Shown here piece after piece: positions 18,564-27,414 of a stretch of DNA of 64,000 nucleotides (position 1 is the first letter of the stretch; each line of letters opens with the position of its first letter). Below the pieces are notes generated by a model that worked only from the letters and a program-made list of their open reading frames with translations, was not told the DNA's origin and searched no databases. Origin of the DNA: Candidatus Nanosyncoccus sp. (GTDB lineage: Bacteria > Patescibacteriota > Saccharimonadia > Saccharimonadales > Saccharimonadaceae); assembly GCA_045603985.1 (NCBI GenBank), contig JAZUNE010000007.1, forward strand, positions 23,202 through 87,201, written 5' to 3'. A program made the translations under genes and the position numbers.

Positions 18564-18800
18564 TCAAAAGAATATTATTGATAATAACGACAGAACCGCT
18601 AGAACTATTAATACGATCCACATCCAACTAAATTTACCAGTCTTCTTCAAATCTTTCATGTATTCCGCATCTTCCGCAAGATCTAATTCATTATCCCCTG
18701 AATTGTCCGCACTTTCTAATGCCCGCGCTCTTAAATCCGCACTAATTCGTCGCGACAATTCGTCATTTTGATTATTCTCTTTATTTACAATTACACCCAT
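18564..18800 (-). CDS. Small C-terminally anchored membrane protein
   Basis: The first ATG of the tracked ORF (18833) lies inside the TATAAT box. The second ATG (18800) has an AGGA SD. There is a C-terminal TM (WMWIVLIVLAVLSLLSIIFF). Confidence 0.5.
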   Translation of the reverse strand: MGVIVNKENNQNDELSRRISADLRARALESADNSGDNELDLAEDAEYMKDLKKTGKFSWMWIVLIVLAVLSLLSIIFF

Positions 18801-18889
18801 CTTTTTTCCTAAATAAATTGTTAACTTTTTCATTATATCACATAAAATTTATGATATAATAATATAAATATCATTTAAAGGAGGAAAAA

Positions 18890-19819
18890 ATGGCGACTAA
18901 AAAGTCGAAATCGTCGAACAAGTCTAAAGACAAGTCGACTAAACAAGGAACTTCTGCAAAGACCGTAAAAAAGGCCGAACTCGAGGCTCCTAAAAATAAA
19001 GTGGTGGAAGAAAAAGTAACAAAAAAAGAAACAAAGAAAGAATCTTGCTTTAAAGGCTTCTTTGCCCGTAAATACGAAGAAAAAGAAAGTATTCTTACCG
19101 TCTTCAAAAATCATAAATTCTACGGCGCTTTGCTTGGCGAAATCGTTGGAACAATGCTAATCGCTCTACTCCTATTATCCCTTTCGTTAATGGGTATTGC
19201 GAACATCGCCATGTACGCATTCGCTATTATTGCGGTTCTAATTGCCGTTTATGCATTTTCTGGTGCTTGTCTAAATCCGCTCGTAGCTGTTGGCATGATG
19301 GCTTCTCGCCGTATGTCAGTTATTCGCGGTATTATGTATATTATCGCAGAAGTACTCGGCGCTTGGCTCGGTTGGCTAATCTTTAATGCCTTCCACCTCG
19401 CCGGCGGAGAAACTGCCTACGATGTTCCGGCTATGTCCGCTATCGCCGAAAATGGTTTTTGGCTAGTAACTATGGTTGAGCTACTTGGGGCGATTATTAT
19501 TGCCTTCTTCTATGCTCGTGCTCTTAAATATAAGCGTAGTGTCTTTACTTTTGCGGCAGTTGTCGCTGGCGGTATTGCGCTCGCTGTAGTTGTTGGATAT
19601 GTTGCGTCCGCTGCCTTCCTCGGGTTAAATAATAACTTCGTCTTTAACCCAGCTGTAGCTATGATGCTTCAAATTTTCCCGACCGCTGGCGAAAGTTTTG
19701 GCGAAATCCTCGGCGGTATCTGCCAGGCCTTATCAATCTACGCAATCTTCCCAATGATTGGTGGTGTAGTTGGCTTCTACCTATCCGATTTTATTGGTAA
19801 ACTTTCTAGCGAAGAATAA
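18890..19819 (+). CDS. MIP/aquaporin-family channel with a Lys-rich N-terminal extension
   Basis: Two half-repeats with SGACLNPLVAVG (NPL) and FVFNPAVAMM (NPA), and six hydrophobic segments. The first 70 aa or so are Lys/Glu-rich. A strong SD (AAAGGAGG) precedes the ATG. Confidence 0.7.
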   Translation: MATKKSKSSNKSKDKSTKQGTSAKTVKKAELEAPKNKVVEEKVTKKETKKESCFKGFFARKYEEKESILTVFKNHKFYGALLGEIVGTMLIALLLLSLSLMGIANIAMYAFAIIAVLIAVYAFSGACLNPLVAVGMMASRRMSVIRGIMYIIAEVLGAWLGWLIFNAFHLAGGETAYDVPAMSAIAENGFWLVTMVELLGAIIIAFFYARALKYKRSVFTFAAVVAGGIALAVVVGYVASAAFLGLNNNFVFNPAVAMMLQIFPTAGESFGEILGGICQALSIYAIFPMIGGVVGFYLSDFIGKLSSEE

Positions 19820-19832
19820 TAAAATCTAAAAT

Positions 19833-19868
19833 AAAAAATACCGCTCGGCGTTCGAAGCGGTATTTTTT
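19833..19868. terminator. Bidirectional intrinsic terminator between the MIP gene and metG
   Basis: Hairpin ATACCGCT/AGCGGTAT flanked by an A-run and a T-run. Confidence 0.8.
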
Positions 19869-19869
19869 A

Positions 19870-21288
19870 CTAGTCTTTCGGGAATAATGGTTTTTTAGGC
19901 GGTTCTATCTCTCCGTTAAAAATTTCACCAATTTTCCCCGCCGTCTCCGGCAAAAACGGACTCAACATATAACTTACATTTAATAATTCTAGAATCAAAC
20001 CAGTTAAACATTTCTCAAGCTTCTCTATCTCTCCGTTTTTTGCTAAACTCCAAGGTTTTTCTTCATCAATTTTTCGATTTAGTCCCTGTACTTTTTCCCA
20101 TACGAAGTCAAACGCTTCCGAATATTTATAATTCTCCATTAATTTTTTATACTCATCTGTTATTTTTGCAACATTTGTTTCATTTTTAATTTTAATACTA
20201 TTTTTACTCGCAAGCGTTGCTAATCTTTGTACTAAATTCCCTAAATCATTCGCAAGTTCATTATTATATGCGTTCTCAAATTTTTCCCACGTAAAATCTG
20301 AATCATTAAAAGTATCGATGTGACGAAGGAAATAATACCGAAACACATCTGTGCCGTGTTTAATTACTACATCCATTGGATCAACTACATTTCCGATCGA
20401 TTTAGACATCTTCTGCCCATTGGCCAATATAAAACCATGCGAAACCATCGTCTTCGGTAAAGGAAGTCCTAAACCAATCAGCATCGCCGGCCAAATAATT
20501 GCATGAAATCTTAAAATATCTTTCCCAACAAATTGCGCCTTCGCCGGCCACCATTCCTCAATTTCTTTTTCCGGATATCCTAAAACTGTTAAATAATTAG
20601 ATAGAGCGTCAATCCAAACATACATTACTTGCATCTCATCTCCCGGAACCGGTATTCCCCAAGTTAACTGCGATGTCGGTCTAGAAATCGACACATCCGG
20701 CGTTTCTCTAAGTAATTTCAGCATCTCTTTTTTACGAAACTCCGGCAATATTAACATCTTATCATTCTCGATCGCTCTAATAATCTCGTCCTTAAAATCC
20801 GCAATCCGAAAATAATAATTCTCTTCTTTTAATTTCTCGTATGGTCTTTGATGATCTGGACAGATTCCATTATTTTCCTCATATTCCTTATCCGTAATAA
20901 ATCTTTCGCACCCCGTACAATACCACCCCTCATAATTCGCCTTATAAATATGATCCGACAACTTTTGCCAAATTTCCTGGCACCTTCGTTCGTGATTTTT
21001 ATCAGTCGTCCTTACAAAATCCGTATATTCTACGTTTAACTTCTTTATAAAATCTTTAAATTTTTCAGCGTTTCTATCTACATATTCTTTAACTGGTAAA
21101 CCAAGCCCCTCCGCTTTTTGCGCAATCTTACTACCGTGCTCATCCGTCCCCGCTTGCAACCTAACTTCATCTCCAATTAATTTATGATATCTCGCACAAA
21201 CATCCGCCAAACAATAATCCATCGCATGTCCAATATGCGGGTTCCCATTCATGTACGGAATCGCCGTAGTAATATAAACTTTATTCAT
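19870..21288 (-). CDS. metG: Methionine--tRNA ligase (short form)
   Basis: 472 aa with HIGH (NPHIGHAMDY), KMSKS (QKMSKSIGN) and a CxxC...CP zinc knuckle. Confidence 0.95.
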   Translation of the reverse strand: MNKVYITTAIPYMNGNPHIGHAMDYCLADVCARYHKLIGDEVRLQAGTDEHGSKIAQKAEGLGLPVKEYVDRNAEKFKDFIKKLNVEYTDFVRTTDKNHERRCQEIWQKLSDHIYKANYEGWYCTGCERFITDKEYEENNGICPDHQRPYEKLKEENYYFRIADFKDEIIRAIENDKMLILPEFRKKEMLKLLRETPDVSISRPTSQLTWGIPVPGDEMQVMYVWIDALSNYLTVLGYPEKEIEEWWPAKAQFVGKDILRFHAIIWPAMLIGLGLPLPKTMVSHGFILANGQKMSKSIGNVVDPMDVVIKHGTDVFRYYFLRHIDTFNDSDFTWEKFENAYNNELANDLGNLVQRLATLASKNSIKIKNETNVAKITDEYKKLMENYKYSEAFDFVWEKVQGLNRKIDEEKPWSLAKNGEIEKLEKCLTGLILELLNVSYMLSPFLPETAGKIGEIFNGEIEPPKKPLFPKD

Positions 21289-21297
21289 AGATACATT

Positions 21298-22152
21298 TTA
21301 CAATGTATTTTCGGTTTCGTCAATCTCGGTTACAGTAGTTGTATCCGTTGTAGACCCAGCCCCACTTGTACTTTCTTCAGTCTCATCCGGTTCAACAATC
21401 TCTACATCTTCCTCAATCAGTTCATCCTCCGAGTCATCTACCGTTGTATTAGTAGAAGGAGTTGTTGAATTAGGTGTTGTCTGGACCTGCGTCGATGAAC
21501 TCGATGAGTTTGACGAGTTTGAGCTACTAGATCCTGTCCCATTTCCATCCATCAATTGCATAATTAATACTGCCGCAAGCGCAACTACTACCATCACCGC
21601 TACAACAATTAATAAAATTAGAGTGCTTTTACTTGTTTTCTTTTTCGCCGGCTTCATGGTTTCGCTTGTTGGATTAACTTCCGGTTGCGTCGCCGGGTCT
21701 GTGAACGAAACGCTCGGAGTTGATGAAGAGCTCGTCTTAAAAGGATCTTCAGCCGGCATCTCTGACATCGGACTAGTCGGACCAGAAACCGCTGAGCCAA
21801 TCGAACCCGGAGCCGGTTCCGCCGCTTTCATTGGCGCCTTTAACTCTTCCTCGATCGGATCCGGAGCCGGAGCCGGTTCTGGAACCATAATCGGATCAGT
21901 CGCCGCTACACCTATTCCATCGGGACGAAAAACTGGATTAGAAGGCTGCGCCCCGCCTGGCGTTACTACTGGATTAATCGGATTCGCCGTCGGAGTAGGT
22001 ACTACAGGAGCTGGAGCTGGCGATACTGCTGGCTCCGGAGTAGCCGGAGCTGGCGCAACCGGAGTCGCTTCAACCGGATTAGCCGGCGTAGGCGTAGGTG
22101 CCGGATTCGGCGTTGGATTTGGTGTTGGTGTTGGATTAATCGTTGGATCCAT
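21298..22152 (-). CDS. Pro/Thr/Ser-rich low-complexity membrane protein
   Basis: 284 aa. N-terminal PTPxP repeats, one central TM (LILLIVVAVMVVVALAAVLIM) and a Ser/Thr/Glu-rich C-terminus. Lies in an operon with metG. Confidence 0.5.
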   Translation of the reverse strand: MDPTINPTPTPNPTPNPAPTPTPANPVEATPVAPAPATPEPAVSPAPAPVVPTPTANPINPVVTPGGAQPSNPVFRPDGIGVAATDPIMVPEPAPAPDPIEEELKAPMKAAEPAPGSIGSAVSGPTSPMSEMPAEDPFKTSSSSTPSVSFTDPATQPEVNPTSETMKPAKKKTSKSTLILLIVVAVMVVVALAAVLIMQLMDGNGTGSSSSNSSNSSSSSTQVQTTPNSTTPSTNTTVDDSEDELIEEDVEIVEPDETEESTSGAGSTTDTTTVTEIDETENTL

Positions 22153-22269
22153 TTTTCTTCCTTTATTTATAAATTAAGTTCTAGATTCTTTATTTTATTT
22201 TAACGCTTATCCTATTTTTTCGCAAGCCCGATATTTAATTTTTAAAAAGCTTATGCTATAATTATATAT

Positions 22270-23184
22270 ATGGATAATAATAAGATTATGATTGTTGGAA
22301 CCGGTAATGTTGGTGCGTCAATCGCCTTTTCTATCATGAACCAACGTACCGCTGTTAATGAAATCATTTTAACTGACATAATTGCAAAAGATGCCGAAGG
22401 CGAAGCGATGGACCTTCGTGATGCTCTCGCCGTCGCCCCTAGCTATGTAAAAATTAAAAACGGAACTTACGCCGATGCGAAAGACTGCGACGTTGTCGTA
22501 ATTACTGCTGGCGCCGCCCAAAAACCCGGCGAAACCCGCATGGAGCTCCTAAAGAAAAATGTTAATATCCTAAAGGGTATGGTTGAACAAATTATGGCTT
22601 CCGGTTTTAACGGTATTTTTCTCGTTGTGACTAATCCGATGGACGTTCTAACTTACTATACAATGAAATTTTCTGGTCTTCCCGCCGAAAAAGTAATTGG
22701 TTCTGGGACCGTTCTTGATTCCGCTCGTCTTAGAACCCGAATTGCCGACTATCTAAATGTTAATCCGAAATCTGTCCACGCTTATCAAATCGGCGAACAT
22801 GGCGATACCGAATTAACTCTATGGTCCCTTGCCGATATTGGCGGACAAAAAGTAACTGATTTTCTTGCTAAAGACCTTCGTAACGGAATCTCCGATTTTG
22901 TTAAAAACGAAGCTTACGACATTATAGAGAAAAAAGGCGCGACTTACTACGGAATTGCAACTTGTGTTGTCGATATTTTAAATTGTATCTTTAATGACGA
23001 ACTTCGCGTCCTCCCCGTCTCTTCCTATGATCATTTTTCCGACACCTCTTTCGGGTTTCCCTCCGTCGTCGGTCGCTCCGGTATTATCCGTCGCCTTGAC
23101 CTAAAACTCTCCGAACATGAAGGCGTCGAACTCCAAAAGTCAATTAATACCCTCAAAAAGGCTATCTCTTCCGTAAAAATCTAA
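22270..23184 (+). CDS. ldh: L-lactate dehydrogenase
   Basis: IVGTGNVGAS NAD fold. AGAAQKPGETR carries the LDH-type Gln rather than the MDH-type Arg. GEHGDT is present. Leaderless start 7 nt after TGCTATAAT. Confidence 0.9.
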   Translation: MDNNKIMIVGTGNVGASIAFSIMNQRTAVNEIILTDIIAKDAEGEAMDLRDALAVAPSYVKIKNGTYADAKDCDVVVITAGAAQKPGETRMELLKKNVNILKGMVEQIMASGFNGIFLVVTNPMDVLTYYTMKFSGLPAEKVIGSGTVLDSARLRTRIADYLNVNPKSVHAYQIGEHGDTELTLWSLADIGGQKVTDFLAKDLRNGISDFVKNEAYDIIEKKGATYYGIATCVVDILNCIFNDELRVLPVSSYDHFSDTSFGFPSVVGRSGIIRRLDLKLSEHEGVELQKSINTLKKAISSVKI

Positions 23185-23201
23185 AAACTAATTTTTAGAT
23201 T

Positions 23202-24692
23202 TTACAGGAGCGATTGCATATAAAGCATTAATTCTTCTTTTATAAAATCGTCCGTTACTTTCTCAAGCTCAACCATAAACTTCGGCGCCTGCCTCTTTAA
23301 TCGCTCCTGTCGATATTCCTCATATCGAGCCATTTCTTCTTCCGCTAATGTTTCCGGAAAATTTCGCCCCTTGTAATGAAGCAAAAGCTCCGGCAACCTC
23401 GGGTCATGAAACTCCGGATGAAAATCCGCTAGCTTGTTCACTTCTGCATTCCTTACCGCTGAAACCTTAACCCTGTCAGTATCGTCTAAAAACCCCTCAT
23501 ATAACGCCGTTTCCGGCTCAACTGCCGGCGGAAATTCCGGCCGATTTTCATATCCACTTCGCATCTGCTCCGCAAATTCCGGATGAGATAATAGTGCCTC
23601 TAAGTTCCTCTGCACTATCTCTTTCGTTAATCCAATCTTCCCCCAACCGCCATTACTTTCTAGCACACTTATCGGCGCCACGGCCGGACATTTATTGAAG
23701 CATAATTCTTTTACAATTGGGAAATATGATGAATGTGTGGCTAAAATCTGCTTTTTCTGAGACTTATTCTGATTTGAATTTTCAACACGTATATTCCTGA
23801 CGTGCCCGAGAGGTTCGTCCCGAAGGGACGGTTCTCCCGGTGCACCAGCGTATGACGTGCTTGAAAATTCAAGTCCTGTCGAAGAAAAAGCAGATTTAGC
23901 CATTAATTCATCAAAATTATATCTTAAATCATATATTAATATATTCCCATTCCGCGAGCTCGTAAGCGGAAAAGCTACGGTGGTTTTATTAAATTCCGAC
24001 GAATATCTCCCTGAAGCATAAACAAACGGCTTTTTATTATCTAGATTAACTAACTTCTTCACTTCTTTTTTATCCCGCATTTTATATAAATATTCGAACA
24101 GTTTCGGTTGCTTCTCTTTTACCATTTTCGCAACCGCAATCGTCGCATAAACATCCGAAAGCGCATCGTGCGCATGTTCATGTGAGAGTCCGTTTAATTT
24201 AGTTAATAATTCTAGCCGATTTGTCGCTTTCCCGTCTTCCGTAACCGGCCACTCTATCCCCTCCGGTCTAAGCGCCCGTGTTAACCTAACTACGTCTAGC
24301 ATGTCCCATCTCGACCGCCCCTCTTTCCACTCCCACTCATACGGATCATAAAAATTCCGCCATAAACAAGCCCGCATAAACTCATCATCAAATCTCACCG
24401 TATTATATCCAACCGCAACCGTCTCCGGTACAAAAATCTCCTCCGAAATATACCGACAAAATTCCGCCTCTTTTATCCCGTCCCTTAAGGTATCCTGCGG
24501 AGTAATCCCCGTTACATTAATTGCTGAAGGACTTGGCAAAGCGTCATCCGTCATTTTTACTAAAATATTTACCGGCTCCCCAATCGGCTCTAAATCTAAG
24601 CTTGTCCTCTGCCCCGCAAATTGCATAACCCGATCCACTCTCGGATTAAGCCCGCTCGTCTCTAAATCATAAAAGAAAAAACTTTTCCCCAT
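23202..24692 (-). CDS. sbcB: Exodeoxyribonuclease I
   Basis: N-terminal FFFYDLETSGLNP...QFAG DEDD exonuclease motif and the H..HDALSDV motif. 496 aa, including a 33-aa palindromic-element insert. Confidence 0.85.
   Translation of the reverse strand: MGKSFFFYDLETSGLNPRVDRVMQFAGQRTSLDLEPIGEPVNILVKMTDDALPSPSAINVTGITPQDTLRDGIKEAEFCRYISEEIFVPETVAVGYNTVRFDDEFMRACLWRNFYDPYEWEWKEGRSRWDMLDVVRLTRALRPEGIEWPVTEDGKATNRLELLTKLNGLSHEHAHDALSDVYATIAVAKMVKEKQPKLFEYLYKMRDKKEVKKLVNLDNKKPFVYASGRYSSEFNKTTVAFPLTSSRNGNILIYDLRYNFDELMAKSAFSSTGLEFSSTSYAGAPGEPSLRDEPLGHVRNIRVENSNQNKSQKKQILATHSSYFPIVKELCFNKCPAVAPISVLESNGGWGKIGLTKEIVQRNLEALLSHPEFAEQMRSGYENRPEFPPAVEPETALYEGFLDDTDRVKVSAVRNAEVNKLADFHPEFHDPRLPELLLHYKGRNFPETLAEEEMARYEEYRQERLKRQAPKFMVELEKVTDDFIKEELMLYMQSLL
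23774..23872. repeat. GC-rich palindromic mini-element (copy C), in frame inside sbcB
   Basis: Arms at 23774-23790 and 23855-23872 (TTGAATTTTCAA(G)CACGT) are 17/18 complementary. There is an inner CGTCCC-GAA-GGGACG hairpin. The length is 99 bp, or 33 codons. Confidence 0.75.
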
Positions 24693-24722
24693 ATATTCTC
24701 ATTATAACATAAAAAATCCCCC

Positions 24723-25250
24723 TCATTTCTGAGAAGGATTTTCATCATCGTTGTACCAAATCTCACTAAGATAACGAGGAGCAAAACCGTCCTCATTTAT
24801 CTCACCAAAGGTATATACCTCAATCGGAGACTGGATATCTGCCTTTTGCTCCTCGCGACGAACGAACTCTGCACTTGCTTCCTCGCTAAGATACTCTCTC
24901 TGAGTAGCCGAAGCGCGAGCTACAGCTATCATAAGAAAGAAAAACACAGCTACGCCGACAATTACGCAAATGATAAACGACCACATCCCCAGGCTAGTTC
25001 CCCCGGTAATCCACATCAGCTCATTTAGAACGAGCGACCGACCACCAAAGTTCCAAGCCAAAAGAACATAAATAATCGCCATCACGCCCGCAACTACAGC
25101 ATACGTCCGTTCGCTAACTCTGTGCTCAAGAAGAAGCGTCCGCCAATTGATACAATACATCCTGCGTCCCAGGATATTCATCAAAGCGATCATCGCTCCA
25201 AGAAGAGCAAGAAACCATACTACAACGATAATAGTTCCAATTTTCATCAT
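24723..25250 (-). CDS. Hypothetical polytopic membrane protein
   Basis: 175 aa with four hydrophobic segments. SD AGGAGGAAAAAATG. No recognisable family. Confidence 0.5.
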   Translation of the reverse strand: MMKIGTIIVVVWFLALLGAMIALMNILGRRMYCINWRTLLLEHRVSERTYAVVAGVMAIIYVLLAWNFGGRSLVLNELMWITGGTSLGMWSFIICVIVGVAVFFFLMIAVARASATQREYLSEEASAEFVRREEQKADIQSPIEVYTFGEINEDGFAPRYLSEIWYNDDENPSQK

Positions 25251-25405
25251 TTTTTCCTCCTTTTTTTATTAGGGGAAACCCCCCGTAAAACGACGAAATG
25301 GATATTTAATTTACTAGACTTCGGTATTCTTTTTACCTCCATCTTGCCCCCATTATATCACACTTAAGCTAAAATGTCAATACTAAAACAATATTTATCT
25401 GTTTT

Positions 25406-25445
25406 AATCAAAAAACGAGCCTTTTTCCCTTGGCTCGTTTTTACT
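25406..25445 (-). terminator. Intrinsic terminator after the FKBP gene
   Basis: ACGAGCC/GGCTCGT stem followed by a T-run on the minus strand. Confidence 0.75.
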
Positions 25446-25450
25446 CGAAT

Positions 25451-26164
25451 TTAAAGCGAATTGTAGTCTATCCCGTAATAAGCGTATTGTAATCTCATAT
25501 ACGCTTCATCTAACTCTTCCGCAAGCTTCTCTAGCGAATCTTCCCTCGCTACCGCCATTACGATAAACCGAAGCGGTTTATTATATCCGCCACAGATTTC
25601 CATCGAATCCCCATAAGCCAACTCCCCCGGAATCGTAATCCGCCGAATTCCGCCAACTTTCATCCCCTCTACTCCTAAATTCCACCCTTCAATCATCCCA
25701 AGTGACGGATCTAAAATTTTCGCAAATGCCGTCGGATTATCATTATCATCAAACGACGAATCAAAAACCGACTCATCCGCACAATATCCAACATAATAAG
25801 CTAGATAATTCGAACCATCAGTATTCACCGTTTCGCCAGAACCGGCTTTTAATTCTTTTATTTGTAATCCATTTTCATTCGCCGAAGTCTCGTTAAAAGC
25901 CTTGACCTCAGATTTATAAGCGATAAATTCCGAAAAATCATCTTTTGTCTCTTCCGAAAATTCCGCTACTTTCGCATTATAAGCTTCTTCGTATTCCGCT
26001 ATCTTTGCCTCATCAACTTCTGCCTCACCAGTCGAACTAGAAGACTTACTCCCGTTTATAACAATCGCCGCATAGCTCGCGATAATCGAACCGAGCATTA
26101 AAACCGCAATTAAAATAATAAAAAACCTCTGTTTCCCACTCGTCTTTAATTCTTTCTCTTCCAT
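25451..26164 (-). CDS. Membrane-anchored FKBP-type peptidyl-prolyl cis-trans isomerase
   Basis: C-terminal FKBP block (GMKVGGIRRITIPGELAYG) and an N-terminal TM. The tracked start at 26185 lies inside the rplO terminator and the TGGTATAAT box, so the start is moved to M8 (26164). Confidence 0.75.
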   Translation of the reverse strand: MEEKELKTSGKQRFFIILIAVLMLGSIIASYAAIVINGSKSSSSTGEAEVDEAKIAEYEEAYNAKVAEFSEETKDDFSEFIAYKSEVKAFNETSANENGLQIKELKAGSGETVNTDGSNYLAYYVGYCADESVFDSSFDDNDNPTAFAKILDPSLGMIEGWNLGVEGMKVGGIRRITIPGELAYGDSMEICGGYNKPLRFIVMAVAREDSLEKLAEELDEAYMRLQYAYYGIDYNSL

Positions 26165-26183
26165 AATAGATAAATTATACCAC

Positions 26184-26213
26184 AAAAAATACCCCCATAG
26201 GGGGGTATTTTTT
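26184..26213 (-). terminator. Intrinsic terminator after rplO
   Basis: ATACCCCC-ATA-GGGGGGTAT hairpin followed by a T-run on the minus strand. Confidence 0.8.
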
Positions 26214-26670
26214 AGTCTTTTTTAGGTTTCTTTAAGATTTCGACTTTTTTAAACGAACCGCCAACTTTTTTAATCGCTTCGACCGCCGACTTCGACACAA
26301 ATTGCGTTTCTAAGTCGATTTTCTTCGTTAATTCTCCCCGCGTAATAACTTTAACCTTTACAAACGGCGAAGAGATTAAGGACGCTTCAGCTAACTTATA
26401 GTTATCAACTTTCCCCGAAAGTTCGTTTAATCTATCAGTATAAACTACCTCGGCCTTCGGATGAAAACTCTTAAAACCTTTTAACTTCGGGACTGCTTGC
26501 ATAATTGCACGTTGTCCGCCCATAAACCCAGCCGGCATCTTCCGATGACCAGTACGGGATTTTTGCCCCTTTGTCCCACGCCCAGCAGTTTTACCTTGAC
26601 CCGCCGAAATCCCCCGACCTTTTCTCGACGGACGCGTATTTTTCTCTACTACTAAATCATTGTATTTCAT
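26212..26670 (-). CDS. rplO: 50S ribosomal protein L15
   Basis: GRGISAGQGKTAGRGTKGQKSR signature, in the canonical position after rpsE. Confidence 0.95.
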   Translation of the reverse strand: MKYNDLVVEKNTRPSRKGRGISAGQGKTAGRGTKGQKSRTGHRKMPAGFMGGQRAIMQAVPKLKGFKSFHPKAEVVYTDRLNELSGKVDNYKLAEASLISSPFVKVKVITRGELTKKIDLETQFVSKSAVEAIKKVGGSFKKVEILKKPKKD

Positions 26671-27413
26671 TACTTAGTCTCCTTTTTCGTAGTAGCTTTC
26701 TTCGCTACCGGCTTTTTCGATTCAGCCTTTTTCGTCTCAACCTTCTTTCCCACTTTCACTTCAGCCTTCGGAGCCTTTTTCGGAGCTTTTTCTTCCGGTT
26801 TCGAAATCTTAGTCATAACCCATTCTTTTCGCGGAGTCTGTTGTCTTAGGCCCTCAATAACCGCATAAGCGATATTGACCTTATTAGTCGAACCAAGCGA
26901 TTTCGAAATCAAATTCTTTACCCCAGTAAGACCCATAATCGAACGTACCGTTCCGCCTGCGATAATCCCAGTACCCGGCGCTGCTGGCTTCATTAAGACA
27001 TCCGCGCCAGTCACCTTAGTTTGAGTTTCATGACAAATCGTTTCACCGTCCATATTAAAGGTAATCATCGACTTTTTTGCCTTAGAAGTCGCCTTCGCGA
27101 CCGCGGTCGTTACATCGTTGCCCTTAGCGACCCCGATACCAACTTTATTTTTATGATTTCCAATCGCGACTAATGCTTTAAATCTCATTCGGCGTCCCCC
27201 CGCAACCGTCCTCGAAACACGATCTACTGCGATTGTAATCTCATCAAACTCCTTCGGACCCGCATCCGCCTTTACACGGTCGCGCCGATTTCGTCGGTCC
27301 ATTTTCCTTCCGGAAATATCCCGCGTTACTTTCGTTTCCGCCGTTTTATCGTCCATTTTAAGAGTACCGGACTTATTAATTACTCTAGGAGCTTTTTTCT
27401 CATTTTCTGGCAT
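26670..27413 (-). CDS. rpsE: 30S ribosomal protein S5 (with N- and C-terminal extensions)
   Basis: S5 core (VDRVSRTVAGGRRMRFKALVAIGN...GTGIIAGG). The start is set at MPENEKK (27413), 1 nt after the rplR stop. Long Lys-rich C-terminal tail. Confidence 0.93.
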   Translation of the reverse strand: MPENEKKAPRVINKSGTLKMDDKTAETKVTRDISGRKMDRRNRRDRVKADAGPKEFDEITIAVDRVSRTVAGGRRMRFKALVAIGNHKNKVGIGVAKGNDVTTAVAKATSKAKKSMITFNMDGETICHETQTKVTGADVLMKPAAPGTGIIAGGTVRSIMGLTGVKNLISKSLGSTNKVNIAYAVIEGLRQQTPRKEWVMTKISKPEEKAPKKAPKAEVKVGKKVETKKAESKKPVAKKATTKKETK

Positions 27414-27414
27414 A

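Noticed and set aside
21623-22177. 184-aa plus-strand ORF (Gly/Ala/Val-rich) overlapping the Pro-rich gene
   Set aside because: It mirrors the CCN/ACN-rich codons of the minus-strand gene. It has no promoter or SD and breaks the minus-strand operon with metG, so it is a shadow ORF.
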